From: Paludibacteraceae bacterium
GTDB lineage: Bacteria > Bacteroidota > Bacteroidia > Bacteroidales > Paludibacteraceae
DNA: 64,000 nt
Direction of reading: 5' to 3'
NCBI GenBank assembly: GCA_045132415.1
Contig: JBGUSG010000003.1
Coordinates: 106,004 to 170,003, forward strand
Part shown: in pieces, positions 1 to 9,593 of the stretch
Position numbering within the stretch: the stretch's first letter is position 1
Layout: each line of letters starts with the position of its first letter
Position numbers and translations under genes: made by a program
Notes under the pieces: generated by a model
What the model was told of the DNA's origin: nothing
The model's input: the letters and a program-made list of their open reading frames with translations, nothing else
The model's database searches: none

Positions 1-263
1 TACACACACATTGCTGCCACGTTTGGCACGCCAGGAAAGTGGTCTTCAAACTCATTGACGCGTTGTGCCATGGTTTCTACCTTTTCGGTAGTATCCTCAC
101 CATTGAGTGTGGTCAAGTCGATTGAGTGGAGACATTGTTTCCATACTTCGACGGTGTTATTTTCATCAAAATGTTTCGCTAAGATATCTTCTACCGCAGT
201 TTTTACGCTTTCATCTGTAAGCGTACAAGGATACGCTGCAAAAAGAGCTTCTAATTGGTTCAT
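1..263 (-). CDS. deoC: deoxyribose-phosphate aldolase, N-terminal part (gene runs off the left edge)
   Basis: ATG at 263-261 on the minus strand, open to position 1. It is absent from the ORF track because no stop lies in the window. My translation MNQLEALFAAYPCTLTDESVKTAVEDILAKHF...CLHSIDLTTLNGEDTTEKVETMAQRVNEFEDHFPGVPNVAAMCV shows the IDLTTLN...NVAA-CV pattern of the long Bacteroidales DeoC N-terminus. The + ORF 55..273 is its antisense shadow. Confidence 0.65.
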   Translation of the reverse strand, partial: MNQLEALFAAYPCTLTDESVKTAVEDILAKHFDENNTVEVWKQCLHSIDLTTLNGEDTTEKVETMAQRVNEFEDHFPGVPNVAAMCV

Positions 264-284
264 AATAATTTAGTATTTAATTGT

Positions 285-974
285 TTATATTATTGAGTTG
301 ATTCTTCCTATGATGGTTTCATTACCGCGAACGTGTTCGCCCATTGCAACAAAGATCTCGGTGTCAAGTGGCAAATACATATCTACGCGCGAACCAAATT
401 TGATAAATCCAAGATGCTCGTTACGGTGTGCTTGTTTACCTGCTTTTGCATAAGTCACAATACGACGTGCCATAGCTCCTGCAATTTGACGCACAGCCAC
501 TTGGACTTTGTTAGGTGTCTCAATTACTACTAAAGAACGTTCGTTCTCTGTACTTGATTTAGGCAACCATGCCCCTTGATGACGTCCTTTTTGGTGCTGA
601 GAAACCAATACATCACCTTCAATAGGATACCAATTGGCATGCACATTGAATGGTGACATGAAAATGCTCACTTGTAGGCGTTTCTCGTGGAAATACTCAT
701 TTTCCTCAGTCGGTTCGATCACTACCACACGTCCATCAGCAGGCGCGATAAGGAAATTAGGATCATCGACCTCTAATACACGCACAGGATTGCGGAAAAA
801 ATAAGTAACAAATACTAATAAAGCTGCTGAAAGCAACAATGTGATTGCGAATATCCAATTGGATGCCACAAAGAGGTAGATAGGTACATTGATTGCAAAA
901 ATCAAAAATGTAAGCCCTACGATAATGTTTCTTCCTTCGCGGTGAATACGAAGATTACGTTTTTTCTTTCCCAT
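285..974 (-). CDS. psd: phosphatidylserine decarboxylase family protein
   Basis: 229-aa ORF with N-terminal TM helices followed by a PSD core (VVIEP...HANWYPIEG...GFIKFGSRVDMYLP, which includes the G-S self-cleavage region). Confidence 0.85.
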   Translation of the reverse strand: MGKKKRNLRIHREGRNIIVGLTFLIFAINVPIYLFVASNWIFAITLLLSAALLVFVTYFFRNPVRVLEVDDPNFLIAPADGRVVVIEPTEENEYFHEKRLQVSIFMSPFNVHANWYPIEGDVLVSQHQKGRHQGAWLPKSSTENERSLVVIETPNKVQVAVRQIAGAMARRIVTYAKAGKQAHRNEHLGFIKFGSRVDMYLPLDTEIFVAMGEHVRGNETIIGRINSII

Positions 975-976
975 GA

Positions 977-1405
977 TTATAATTGGTTATAAGGTATTTG
1001 ACATAACATATCTATTGCTTGATCAAGACCGAGTTGCATTTTCTTGTCAAACATCATCTTAAACATAATAGGCATATCCGTTTTGATTGTGATACGGATA
1101 CGTGTATCTAATTCCGCCACTTGCTTCAATTGAATCCAAACATTGAATGGAATAGGCAGGTCTTCAGCTCCAAATTTGATGGTTTTGTATTCTTCCTTTT
1201 CCACAATAGCAATGGCTATTTTTTGCCCCAATCCTTCTACTTTCATGCGGATTCGATCGGGAGTAACCTCCATATCTTTGATCTTATCTTGAGGGATAAC
1301 ATCACGGAAGTGATTGATATTCTCTAGATTGCTCAGTACAGCAAAAACTGTACTATCATTAGCAGGTATTTGACCTATTTTACTTTCGTATTTGATTTCT
1401 GCCAT
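977..1405 (-). CDS. hypothetical protein (small soluble, SRPBCC-like size, unassigned)
   Basis: 142-aa ORF packed 3 nt from psd and 4 nt from pyrE, with normal composition. I recognise no motif. Confidence 0.55.
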   Translation of the reverse strand: MAEIKYESKIGQIPANDSTVFAVLSNLENINHFRDVIPQDKIKDMEVTPDRIRMKVEGLGQKIAIAIVEKEEYKTIKFGAEDLPIPFNVWIQLKQVAELDTRIRITIKTDMPIMFKMMFDKKMQLGLDQAIDMLCQIPYNQL

Positions 1406-1408
1406 AAC

Positions 1409-2041
1409 TTATTTGCTCCATTTAGAAGGGTTGTGTTGCCATTGATGGATCGCTTTGCTTTGTTCTGCATCAATAATTGACATATTCTCTGCATGGTGCA
1501 AAACAACATCCAAATTAGTCAATGCAATTAAGTCAACTTCGGCTTTTTGCAACTTTTTAGCAGTAGTAGGGAAAGCATAGTCAAAAATGGTAACAATACC
1601 CAAAACATTGCAGCCATTCTTGCGCAAAGCTTCCACTACCTTTAAGCAATTAGTGCCTATATTGACTTGATTTTCGATAATTACCACATTTTGGCGAGGA
1701 CGCAAATCGCCTTCTATTTGATTTTCCAATCCATGATCTTTTGGAGTGGGATGTACATACACAAATGGCAAACTGAGTTGCTCTGCAACTAGTACTCCGT
1801 GTGCAATGGCATTGGTTGCTACGCCTGCTATCACATCTGCGTCAGGGTACATTTCCGCAATGGTACGTGCCAACTCAATACGCACAAAATCACGGATCTT
1901 GGGATAGGATAATATCTTGCGATCATCGCAATATACAGGTGCATACCAACCATTGGCCCACTTAAATGGGTTACTAAGCTGGAACTTGAAGGCCTTTAGT
2001 TGCAGCATTTTGATTGCCGTTAGGTTTTGTAGAACACTCAT
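1409..2041 (-). CDS. pyrE: orotate phosphoribosyltransferase
   Basis: 210 aa. Contains FKFQLSNPFKWANGWYAPVYCDDRK and the PRPP-binding stretch VVIIENQVNIGTN typical of PyrE. Confidence 0.9.
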   Translation of the reverse strand: MSVLQNLTAIKMLQLKAFKFQLSNPFKWANGWYAPVYCDDRKILSYPKIRDFVRIELARTIAEMYPDADVIAGVATNAIAHGVLVAEQLSLPFVYVHPTPKDHGLENQIEGDLRPRQNVVIIENQVNIGTNCLKVVEALRKNGCNVLGIVTIFDYAFPTTAKKLQKAEVDLIALTNLDVVLHHAENMSIIDAEQSKAIHQWQHNPSKWSK

Positions 2042-2257
2042 ATTGCAAATATTAATGGTTGTTTTTAATAAAAAATCTTCGCATTATGCCAAAATTCGGA
2101 CAAAGGTACAATTTTTTTTGCACCTGTGCAAGAGAATGTGTAAAAATATTTTTTTTAAACAATTTTGTGGTTGGCTTCGGAGCGTAGTTGGGTAATCTGT
2201 GTAGATGGATGACTTGTGGCTGCCTGCCCGCTCATCAGAAGTTGATCAAACCAAAAG

Positions 2258-2406
2258 TTCTCCGCAAGCTACGCGACCATTTCGCGACCACTGTAGCACA
2301 TCTATCGCCTATTTGTATCATAGCGGTAGCTTTTGTGGGTTCACATTCCCATCATTCAGGATAGCCATAGAACCTTATAAGAATAAATATAACAATAACT
2401 CTCACC
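2258..2406. repeat. intergenic module D1 (paralogue of D2 at 46036..46200)
   Basis: GCTACGCGACCATTTCGCGACCACTGTAGCACATCTATCGCCTATTTGTATCATAGCGGTAGCTTTT...AAGAATAAATATAACAATAACTCTCACC aligns by eye with 46048-46200. Confidence 0.7.
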
Positions 2407-2441
2407 TTAATAGGGTGTTCTCAGGTTAACAACCCGATTAT

Positions 2442-2496
2442 CCTACGTATATCTTACGTATATGTTACGTATATCCTACGTATATGGTACGTAATT
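2442..2496. repeat. tandem array T1: 5 x 11 bp, each unit containing the palindrome TACGTA
   Basis: Units are CCTACGTATAT CTTACGTATAT GTTACGTATAT CCTACGTATAT GGTACGTAATT. A near-identical array with the same flanks (AACAACCCGATTATC ... GA-A-GGAAA) lies at 47653..47707. Confidence 0.9.
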
Positions 2497-2567
2497 GACA
2501 GCGGAAAGACAGGGATTTAGCAAGAATCGTTATGGGGCTAATCCCACTGATAACACTTTTCTATTCC

Positions 2568-2638
2568 CAGTGATTTCACTGATTTCACTGATTGCACTGA
2601 TACCTTGTTATCCGTGTTAATCCGTGAGATTCGTGAGA
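2568..2638. repeat. short tandem word repeats (9-10-bp periods)
   Basis: CAGTGATTTCACTGATTTCACTGATTGCACTGATA followed by TATCCGTGTTAATCCGTGAGATTCGTGAGA. Confidence 0.8.
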
Positions 2639-2662
2639 ATAACAAGAGAAATGCACGTACTA

Positions 2663-2738
2663 TTGCGTATGTGCAGGCTTTGTCCTTACGTAGAGTGGCA
2701 TGGTTGTACCTTTGAGGGCACCTTATCCTCGAAGCTAC
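2663..2738 (-). repeat. intergenic module F1 (paralogue of F2 at 31268..31366)
   Basis: The reverse complement GTAGCTTCGAGG..GGTGCCCTCAAAGGTACAACCATGCCACTCTACGTAAGGACAAAGCCTGCACATACGCAA matches 31268-31366. It contains a TACCTTTG box on the + strand (2707-2714). Confidence 0.7.
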
Positions 2739-2825
2739 GGTCGCATAATGCAGCCTATTTGCTTCCAAAATAGCGTCGAAAGTGAACTTTCCGCAATTTT
2801 GCTTGCAAATATGCATTTTTTGTTG

Positions 2826-2833
2826 TACCTTTG
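2826..2833 (+). promoter_or_regulatory. -7 box TACCTTTG (Bacteroidetes sigma-AB type) for lpxC-lpxA
   Basis: Cassette ATATGCATTTTTTGTTGTACCTTTGCAGCGG about 50 nt upstream of the lpxC ATG. The same cassette recurs at 7090, 28675, 31865, 35190 and 60845. Confidence 0.7.
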
Positions 2834-2884
2834 CAGCGGATTTCATACTACATTGGAGTAGTGTGCAAAAATATATAGAAAATA

Positions 2885-3793
2885 ATGAAGCAACATACAT
2901 TAAAAGCACCTTTTTTCTTTGAAGGAAAAGGACTGCATACTGGATTGCATATACATGCCACTTTTCTCCCTGCTGAGGAAAATACTGGTGTGCGTATCTG
3001 TCGAACCGACCTAGAGGGACGTCCTACCTACGAAGCCGTTGCCGACTATGTGACCGCTACAGAACGTGGCACCGTATTGGAGCGTGGCGCATGGAAAGTG
3101 TCCACCGTGGAACATGCGCTGTCGGCGTTGTATGCTTTGGGCGTGGATAACTGCCTTATTGAGGTGGACGGACCAGAGATGCCGATTCTTGATGGTAGTG
3201 CGAAGTATTATATCCAAGCTATAGAAAAGGTGGGCTTGCAAGAGCAAGAGGCGGAACAGAAAGTGTTTGTTGTCACAGAGCCAATCGAGTATATCTCGGA
3301 GCGTGGCAATAAGATGGTGATTCACCCCTGCGACCACTACGAGGCTGGGGTAACAATTGCCTATGATAATAGTGGTATATTGAGTGAGCAAAGTGCTGAG
3401 ATTCACGACCTCGTAGACTACAAACGCGAACTCTCTGCGGCTCGTACATTCTGCTTTGTGCGCGAGATAGAACCACTATTGCGCATGGGATTGATCAAAG
3501 GTGGCGATTTGCAGAATGCGCTTGTGATATACGAGACACCTATGTCGCAAGAGGGGTTGGATTATATGACCGACAAATTGGGTCAGCCACGTTTGGATGC
3601 AAGTAAGTTGGGATATCTCAGTCCGCTGAACTATCCTAATGAGCCTGCGCGACATAAGTTGTTGGATTTGATCGGTGATATGTCGCTGGTTGGCTGCCGT
3701 ATTCAAGGCAAGATTGCTGCGTTGCGACCAGGACATACCTTCAATACGCAATGCGCGAAACGCTTGCGCAATAAAATTGCAGCGGAAAAGTGA
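2885..3793 (+). CDS. lpxC: UDP-3-O-acyl-N-acetylglucosamine deacetylase (stand-alone, no FabZ domain)
   Basis: 302 aa. Contains FEGKGLHTG, TVEHALSALYALGVDN and PILDGSA motifs. It ends at the normal LpxC length, 28 nt before lpxA. Confidence 0.9.
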   Translation: MKQHTLKAPFFFEGKGLHTGLHIHATFLPAEENTGVRICRTDLEGRPTYEAVADYVTATERGTVLERGAWKVSTVEHALSALYALGVDNCLIEVDGPEMPILDGSAKYYIQAIEKVGLQEQEAEQKVFVVTEPIEYISERGNKMVIHPCDHYEAGVTIAYDNSGILSEQSAEIHDLVDYKRELSAARTFCFVREIEPLLRMGLIKGGDLQNALVIYETPMSQEGLDYMTDKLGQPRLDASKLGYLSPLNYPNEPARHKLLDLIGDMSLVGCRIQGKIAALRPGHTFNTQCAKRLRNKIAAEK

Positions 3794-3821
3794 AAACTGA
3801 AAACTGAAAAAGAAGAAAGAT

Positions 3822-4586
3822 ATGAACTACATCCATCCAGAAGCAAAGCTTCATCCAACTGTGACTGTCGGACATTTCTCTTGTATCCACGAGGATGTGG
3901 AGATTGGCGAAGGTACTGTGATCGATAATAATGTGACTATCTACAGCGGTACGCGTATCGGTAAAAACTGCCATATCTATTCGGGTGCAGTGGTTGGTGG
4001 CGATCCACAAGACTTGAAATACAAAGGCGAAAAGACCTATGCCATTATTGGCGATAATACTACGATTCGTGAGTTTGTTACCATTCACCGCGGTACAGCC
4101 AGCAAAGGCAAGACGGTGGTAGGCAACAACTGCCTCATCATGGCATACTGCCACGTGGCACACGACTGCTTGTTGCACGACCATATCATCATGTCCAACG
4201 CGACACAATTGGCGGGCGAAGTGGTAGTAGATGAATGGGCAATCATTGGTGGCGGTAGTCTGGTACACCAATTCAGCCATATCGGTGCACATGTGATGAT
4301 TCAAGGAGGCTCGAAGATCAACAAGGATGTACCTCCATATATTATTGCAGCTCGCGAGCCAATCTCCTATTGCGGTATCAACTCTGTAGGACTCAATCGC
4401 CGTGCATTCACCCAAGAGCAGATTACGGCTATTCAAAACACCTATCGTCTGGTGTACCTCTCGGGTTTGAATGTGAGCCAAGCGGTAGAGCAAGTGGAGA
4501 ATACCTTGCCACAAAGTGCGGAGCGCGACTTGATCCTTGAGTTTATCAAAGGTTCACCACGTGGTATAGTACGCGGATACAATTAA
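3822..4586 (+). CDS. lpxA: acyl-ACP--UDP-N-acetylglucosamine O-acyltransferase
   Basis: 254 aa with hexapeptide-repeat left-handed beta-helix sequence (IHPEAKLHPTVTVG.., IGDNTTIREFVTIHRGT) and the LpxA C-terminal helical domain. Confidence 0.9.
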   Translation: MNYIHPEAKLHPTVTVGHFSCIHEDVEIGEGTVIDNNVTIYSGTRIGKNCHIYSGAVVGGDPQDLKYKGEKTYAIIGDNTTIREFVTIHRGTASKGKTVVGNNCLIMAYCHVAHDCLLHDHIIMSNATQLAGEVVVDEWAIIGGGSLVHQFSHIGAHVMIQGGSKINKDVPPYIIAAREPISYCGINSVGLNRRAFTQEQITAIQNTYRLVYLSGLNVSQAVEQVENTLPQSAERDLILEFIKGSPRGIVRGYN

Positions 4587-4599
4587 ACCCTTCGTGTTG

Positions 4600-4628
4600 G
4601 TTTAAAGTTTAGAGTTTAAAGTTTAAAG
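4600..4628. repeat. tandem word repeat GTTTAAAG/GTTTAGAG (H1)
   Basis: GTTTAAAGTTTAGAGTTTAAAGTTTAAAG between lpxA and glnS. A sister copy lies at 58141..58169. Confidence 0.8.
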
Positions 4629-4637
4629 ACAAGAATA

Positions 4638-6329
4638 ATGGAAATGGAAGAAAGAAGTCTCAATTTTATTGAGCAAATCGTAGAAAAAGATTTACAAGAA
4701 GGTAAGAACGACGGACGTATTCAGACGCGTTTCCCGCCTGAACCAAATGGCTACCTGCATATCGGTCATGTGAAGGCCATCTGCATGGACTTTGGTATTG
4801 CGGAGAAATACAATGGCGTGTGCAACCTTCGTTTTGATGACACTAACCCCGTCAAAGAAGATGTGGAGTATGTGGACTCTATCCAACAAGACATCGCGTG
4901 GTTAGGTTTCAAGTGGGGTAATATTTACTACGCTTCCGATTATTTCCAACAGCTCTATGACTTGGCGATTGAGTTTATCAAACAAGGTAAAGCGTATATC
5001 GACGAGCAGACCGCTGAGCAGATTGCCGAGCAAAAAGGTACACCTACCGAGCCAGGTGTAGCTTCTCCATATCGTGATCGCCCTATCGACGAGAACCTTC
5101 GCCTCTTCCAAGCGATGCAAAATGGCGAGATTGAAGATGGTAAGATGGTGCTTCGTGCGAAGATTGACATGGCTAATCCAAACATGCACTTCCGCGATCC
5201 TATCATGTACCGCATCATTACCACTCACCCTCACCACCGCACTGGTCGTCGTTGGAACGTATATCCTATGTATGACTTTGCACACGGTCAGTCTGACTAC
5301 TTCGAGGGCGTGACACACTCTATCTGTACGCTGGAGTTCGTGGTACACCGTCCATTGTATGACTACTATATCGACCAATTCATCACTGGCGACTATCGCC
5401 CACGTCAATACGAGTTCAACCGCCTGAATATCACTTATACCGTGATGTCGAAGCGTAAAATGCTCCAATTGGTGAAAGAGGGCTTGGTAAGTGGTTGGGA
5501 CGACCCTCGTATGCCTACTGTATGCGGATTACGCCGCCGTGGTTACACCCCAGAGGCTATTCGTGCTTTTATCGATAAGATTGGTTACACTAAGGTGGAG
5601 GGTATGATTGACCTTGGCTTGCTAGAGCATACCGTTCGCGAGACATTGAAGGAGACTGCGCCACGCGTATGCGCTATCTTTGACCCTGTGAAACTTGTCA
5701 TCACAAACTATGAGGGCGAAGGCGAAACCATCGTGGCAGAAAATATCGATGGACATCCAGAGTTGGGTACTCGTGAGATGAAGTTCGCGAAGGAACTCTA
5801 TATCGAGCGCGGTGACTTCCAAGAGGAGGGCGATAAGAAGTTCTTCCGATTGAGTCCTGGTGGTCGTGAGGTTCGTTTGAAAGCGGCTTATATCATCCAA
5901 GCAACTGGTTGCGAGAAGGATGCTGAGGGCAATATCACCACCGTATATGCAACCTATGACCCAGACTCCAAGTCTGGTACCGAAGGCGGTAACCGCAAGA
6001 CCAAATCTACTATCAACTGGGTAGAGTGTGAGTCTTGTGTAGATGCTGAGGTTCGTTTGTATGACCGATTGTTTGCTTGCGAGAACCCATCTGCTGAGGA
6101 GGGCGACTTCCGCGACTTGCTGAATCCAGATAGTTTGAAGGTGGTGAACTGCAAGATCGAAGGTGCATTGAAAGCAGAGATGAAGACACCTGAGGTTGTG
6201 GATGGCATAGCTAAATGCAACAACTACCAGTTCCTCAAGCATGGTTACTTCGTGGTTGATCCTGACACAACCTGCGAGAAACTCGTCTTTAACCGCACTG
6301 CTTCGCTCAAGGATAATTGGCAGAAATAG
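4638..6329 (+). CDS. glnS: glutamine--tRNA ligase
   Basis: 563 aa. Class I signatures PEPNGYLHIGH and VMSKRK, plus the GlnRS-type C-terminal beta-barrels. Confidence 0.95.
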   Translation: MEMEERSLNFIEQIVEKDLQEGKNDGRIQTRFPPEPNGYLHIGHVKAICMDFGIAEKYNGVCNLRFDDTNPVKEDVEYVDSIQQDIAWLGFKWGNIYYASDYFQQLYDLAIEFIKQGKAYIDEQTAEQIAEQKGTPTEPGVASPYRDRPIDENLRLFQAMQNGEIEDGKMVLRAKIDMANPNMHFRDPIMYRIITTHPHHRTGRRWNVYPMYDFAHGQSDYFEGVTHSICTLEFVVHRPLYDYYIDQFITGDYRPRQYEFNRLNITYTVMSKRKMLQLVKEGLVSGWDDPRMPTVCGLRRRGYTPEAIRAFIDKIGYTKVEGMIDLGLLEHTVRETLKETAPRVCAIFDPVKLVITNYEGEGETIVAENIDGHPELGTREMKFAKELYIERGDFQEEGDKKFFRLSPGGREVRLKAAYIIQATGCEKDAEGNITTVYATYDPDSKSGTEGGNRKTKSTINWVECESCVDAEVRLYDRLFACENPSAEEGDFRDLLNPDSLKVVNCKIEGALKAEMKTPEVVDGIAKCNNYQFLKHGYFVVDPDTTCEKLVFNRTASLKDNWQK

Positions 6330-6347
6330 TTTATAGAACGGCACTAC

Positions 6348-6806
6348 GTGCCTACAGAACGCCCTCTGGGCTATAGTTTAGAGGCGATGAATATACGAAC
6401 ACAAAACGACAAACAACAGATTCTCTGTGCGTGGAGGCGGAAATATGTCCGCCTCACGCCAGAGGAGCATGTTCGTCAGACAATTCTGCATGCGTTAGAA
6501 GATAACTTTGACTATCCACACGGATTAATAGCCGTAGAAGTGCCTATAGAGGTCGCGGGATTGAAGAAACGATGTGATGCAATCGTATATAACCAACAGT
6601 TGCAACCACTTGTGCTGATTGAGTTTAAAGCTGAATCTGTGCCTCTTACGCAGCAGGTCTTTGACCAAGCAGCTATATACAATCGCCATTTGCATGTGCC
6701 TTATTTGATGCTGAGCAATGGTAAAGATACAATCATGGCAAAGATATTAGAAAAAGAATGCTCTTTCCTTGATCACATACCTAACTATAATGATGTCGTT
6801 AAATAG
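6348..6806 (+). CDS. type I restriction enzyme HsdR N-terminal-domain protein (stand-alone ~140-150 aa)
   Basis: RKYVRLTPEEHVRQ...KKRCDAIVYN...LIEFKAESVPLTQQVFDQAAIYNRHLHVPYLMLSNG matches the small HSDR_N_2-type proteins common in Bacteroidales. The listed start is GTG; ATG at 6387 is at least as likely. Confidence 0.75.
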   Translation: MPTERPLGYSLEAMNIRTQNDKQQILCAWRRKYVRLTPEEHVRQTILHALEDNFDYPHGLIAVEVPIEVAGLKKRCDAIVYNQQLQPLVLIEFKAESVPLTQQVFDQAAIYNRHLHVPYLMLSNGKDTIMAKILEKECSFLDHIPNYNDVVK

Positions 6807-6859
6807 TTAGATTTTCATAGAAATCGGAGAAATAATTTGCACGAATAAAAAAAAAGCAG

Positions 6860-6867
6860 TACCTTTG
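6860..6867 (+). promoter_or_regulatory. -7 box of the conserved tRNA promoter cassette (tRNA-Pro)
   Basis: AAAAAAAAAGCAGTACCTTTGCACTCGCG about 30 nt upstream of the tRNA 5' end. Confidence 0.7.
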
Positions 6868-6897
6868 CACTCGCGTTCGGTAATTTCTACGAGCAAA

Positions 6898-6971
6898 CGG
6901 GATGTGGCGCAGCCCGGTAGCGCAACGGTCTGGGGGACCGGAGGTCGCAAGTTCAAATCTTGTCATCCCGA
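6898..6971 (+). tRNA. tRNA-Pro (anticodon GGG)
   Basis: Hand-folded cloverleaf: acceptor CGGGATG/CATCCCG, D stem GCGC/GCGC, anticodon arm ACGGT-CTGGGGG-ACCGG, T arm GCAAG-TTCAAAT-CTTGT. CCA is not encoded. Confidence 0.8.
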
Positions 6972-6981
6972 CAAAATAAAT

Positions 6982-7020
6982 AGATAACTACTTTGATATG
7001 AAGTGGTTATCTTGTTTTTT
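6982..7020 (+). terminator. intrinsic terminator after tRNA-Pro
   Basis: AGATAACTAC...GTGGTTATCT stem followed by TGTTTTTT. Confidence 0.7.
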
Positions 7021-7179
7021 AATTGTAGTTTGCTCGAAAATCATTGAAAGAATCATACATTAAACTTCAAATAAAAACAACTTTTCTTGCGTATGTGCAT
7101 TTTTTGTTGTATCTTTGTCGCAAAATTGGAGTGATGGGTGCTTTGCCATTGACTAATCACTCATGGTTTGTAACTACCA

Positions 7180-8925
7180 ATGACCTACAAATGGAACATA
7201 CGATGTTTGACTGCTGTGGAACAAGAGATACAACAGCAATTGGAGCACGAATTGAATATCAGTTCGGCTGCGGCACGTATGTTGGTTGTACGTGGTATAC
7301 AAACAGCAGATGAGGCACGCGCATTTGTACGCCCATCATTGGAGATGCTGCATGATCCGTTCCTAATGAAGGATATGGACGAAGCCGTGGAGCGTCTGCA
7401 CCAAGCCATCACTCAAGGCGAGAAGATTCTTATCTACGGAGATTACGATGTGGACGGTACCACCGCCGTAGCAGTGATGTATCGGTTCCTTCAGAACCTT
7501 GTCTCTAACCTGTCGCCTTTAACCTTTAACCTTGATTACTATATCCCTGATCGCTATACAGAGGGTTATGGAGTGTCACAACAAGGTATTGACTATGCTG
7601 CAGCGCAAGGATGTAATCTGATTATCACGCTTGACTGCGGTATCAAGGCGGTAGAGAAAGTGGCTTATGCCGCTAGTAAAGGCATCGACGTGATCGTTTG
7701 CGACCACCATACACCAGGCGAAGAGTTACCCAATGCTGTAGCAGTGCTGAATATGAAGCGTAGCGATTGCCCTTACCCATACAAAGATCTTTCGGGCTGC
7801 GGTGTTGGTTTCAAATTAGCACAGGCATACACTTCTCGCTACGGTTTGCCATTCGATAATCTCATACCACTGTTGCAGCTCTTGGCAATGTCGATTGCTT
7901 CGGATATCGTGCCTATCACAGGTGAGAACCGTATCTTGGCCCACTTCGGTATTCAGCAACTTAATAAGGCACCTTTCACAGGATTGTCGGCTATCATGGC
8001 AGTAGCAAGTATAGAAGAGAAGAGACTGACAATCAGTGACCTAGTATATAAGATAGGGCCGCGTATTAATGCGTGCGGACGTATGAAATCAGGGCGTGCA
8101 GCGGTAGAATTACTACTCACCGATGACCCTGATTTCGCGCGCCAACAGGCGGAAGAGGTGAACCATCACAACGAAGACCGCCGTGATTGTGATACAGAAA
8201 CGACCAAAGAGGCATTGGCACAACTGCAGGGAGATCCTATGTTTGCCAACCGTCGTTCGACGGTGGTATATGCTCCACATTGGCACAAAGGTGTGGTGGG
8301 TATTGTGGCATCGCGCCTGACAGAAAACTACTACCGTCCGACAATCGTTCTTACCGCTAGTGAAGATGGTATTATCTCCGGCTCGGCACGCTCGGTGGGA
8401 GGTTTTGATATCTATGCGGCAATAGACTCATGCAGTGACTTACTCACCAACTTTGGTGGACATAAGTTTGCAGCTGGATTGAGCTTGCATATCAATGATT
8501 TGCCTGAATTCCAAGAACGTTTTGAGGCATATGTAGCAGCACATATCCGCGAAGATCAGTTGCAACCTACGTTGCAGATTGAGGCTGAGTTGCAGTTAGG
8601 CGATATTACTAAATCGTTCTACAATGTACTGCGCCATTTGGAACCTTTTGGGCCAGGTAATCCAAGACCATTGTTTGTATCACGTCATCTAATCAATCAC
8701 CGCGATACGCGTGCTGTAGGTAAGGAACGTGAGCATTTGCGATTGGATGTCACTGACCGTGTGAACGCTATCACAGGTATTGCTTTTGGTCGTGCGGATA
8801 TGGCAGAGTATATCCAAAATGGCAATGCTGTGGATATTTGCTACGAATTAAACGAAAATACATTTAACCATTATACCACCATCCAAATGATGGTACAAGA
8901 CATTCAACCATGTTCAGCGAATTAG
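7180..8925 (+). CDS. recJ: single-stranded-DNA-specific exonuclease RecJ
   Basis: 581 aa. DHH motifs ([16 protein letters not shown]), DHHA1 (GGHKFAAG) and the OB-fold C-terminus. A -7 box TATCTTTG lies at 7110-7117. Confidence 0.9.
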   Translation: MTYKWNIRCLTAVEQEIQQQLEHELNISSAAARMLVVRGIQTADEARAFVRPSLEMLHDPFLMKDMDEAVERLHQAITQGEKILIYGDYDVDGTTAVAVMYRFLQNLVSNLSPLTFNLDYYIPDRYTEGYGVSQQGIDYAAAQGCNLIITLDCGIKAVEKVAYAASKGIDVIVCDHHTPGEELPNAVAVLNMKRSDCPYPYKDLSGCGVGFKLAQAYTSRYGLPFDNLIPLLQLLAMSIASDIVPITGENRILAHFGIQQLNKAPFTGLSAIMAVASIEEKRLTISDLVYKIGPRINACGRMKSGRAAVELLLTDDPDFARQQAEEVNHHNEDRRDCDTETTKEALAQLQGDPMFANRRSTVVYAPHWHKGVVGIVASRLTENYYRPTIVLTASEDGIISGSARSVGGFDIYAAIDSCSDLLTNFGGHKFAAGLSLHINDLPEFQERFEAYVAAHIREDQLQPTLQIEAELQLGDITKSFYNVLRHLEPFGPGNPRPLFVSRHLINHRDTRAVGKEREHLRLDVTDRVNAITGIAFGRADMAEYIQNGNAVDICYELNENTFNHYTTIQMMVQDIQPCSAN

Positions 8926-9512
8926 ATAGAAAAGGTCCTCGCTTGCGTCGAGGTAGTATAGAAGTAGTTTGCGGAAGTATGTTCTCGGGAAAAACAGAGG
9001 AACTTATCCGCCGTATGAAACGTGCACAGTTTGCGAAACTTAACGTAGAAATTTTCAAACCTGCTATAGATGTTCGCTATAGCGAGGCAGAAGTAGTGAG
9101 TCACGATCGCAATGCTATTCCTTCTACGCCAGTAGATAGCAGCCAAAATATCCTATTACTAGCCAGTGATGTGGATGTAGTGGGTATTGATGAAGCACAA
9201 TTCTTTGATATGGGTATCGTGGAAGTAGCCAATGAGTTGGCTCGCCGTGGTGTGCGTGTGATCTGTGCAGGATTGGACATGGACTTCAAGGGTGTACCAT
9301 TTGGTCCAATGCCAGCGTTGATGGCTATAGCTGACGACGTGTATAAGACTCATGCTATATGTGTACATTGCGGCGACTTAGCGTATGTGAGCCACCGTAC
9401 TGTGAGCAGCGATAAGCGTGTGTTGTTGGGCGAAACAGAGAGCTACGAGCCTCTCTGTCGTGTTTGCTACGAAAAAGCCCTTGCTGCTGAAAATTCAGAA
9501 GCGAATAAATAA
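8910..9512 (+). CDS. tdk: thymidine kinase
   Basis: 200 aa. P-loop [11 protein letters not shown] and the C-terminal Zn ribbon C..CG...CR.C. It overlaps the recJ end by 16 nt. Confidence 0.9.
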   Translation: MFSELDRKGPRLRRGSIEVVCGSMFSGKTEELIRRMKRAQFAKLNVEIFKPAIDVRYSEAEVVSHDRNAIPSTPVDSSQNILLLASDVDVVGIDEAQFFDMGIVEVANELARRGVRVICAGLDMDFKGVPFGPMPALMAIADDVYKTHAICVHCGDLAYVSHRTVSSDKRVLLGETESYEPLCRVCYEKALAAENSEANK

Positions 9513-9557
9513 ACTAATCGTTACTGATTATTGTATATAAGTGTATCCACACTTAAT

Positions 9558-9593
9558 AAACGCCATTGAAATCATCAATGGCGTTTGTTTTTT
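9558..9593. terminator. bidirectional hairpin terminator shared by tdk (+) and glycerate kinase (-)
   Basis: AAACGCCATTGA-AATCATC-AATGGCGTTT flanked by an A-run and a T-run. It overlaps the last codons of the minus-strand gene. Confidence 0.7.

Noticed and set aside
2205-2429. ORFs 2205..2429 and 45996..46214 give partly similar peptides (..RDHCSTSIAYL.. and ..RDHFATTVAYL..), which could suggest a conserved small protein. ORFs 2538..2909, 47173..47613, 47676..48329, 22999..23268, 23193..23462 and 31308..31805 also lie in repeat regions.
   Set aside because: The similarity is the by-product of nucleotide modules D1/D2 and is lost after ~15 codons. There is no promoter box or plausible start context, and the products are low-complexity translations of tandem repeats.
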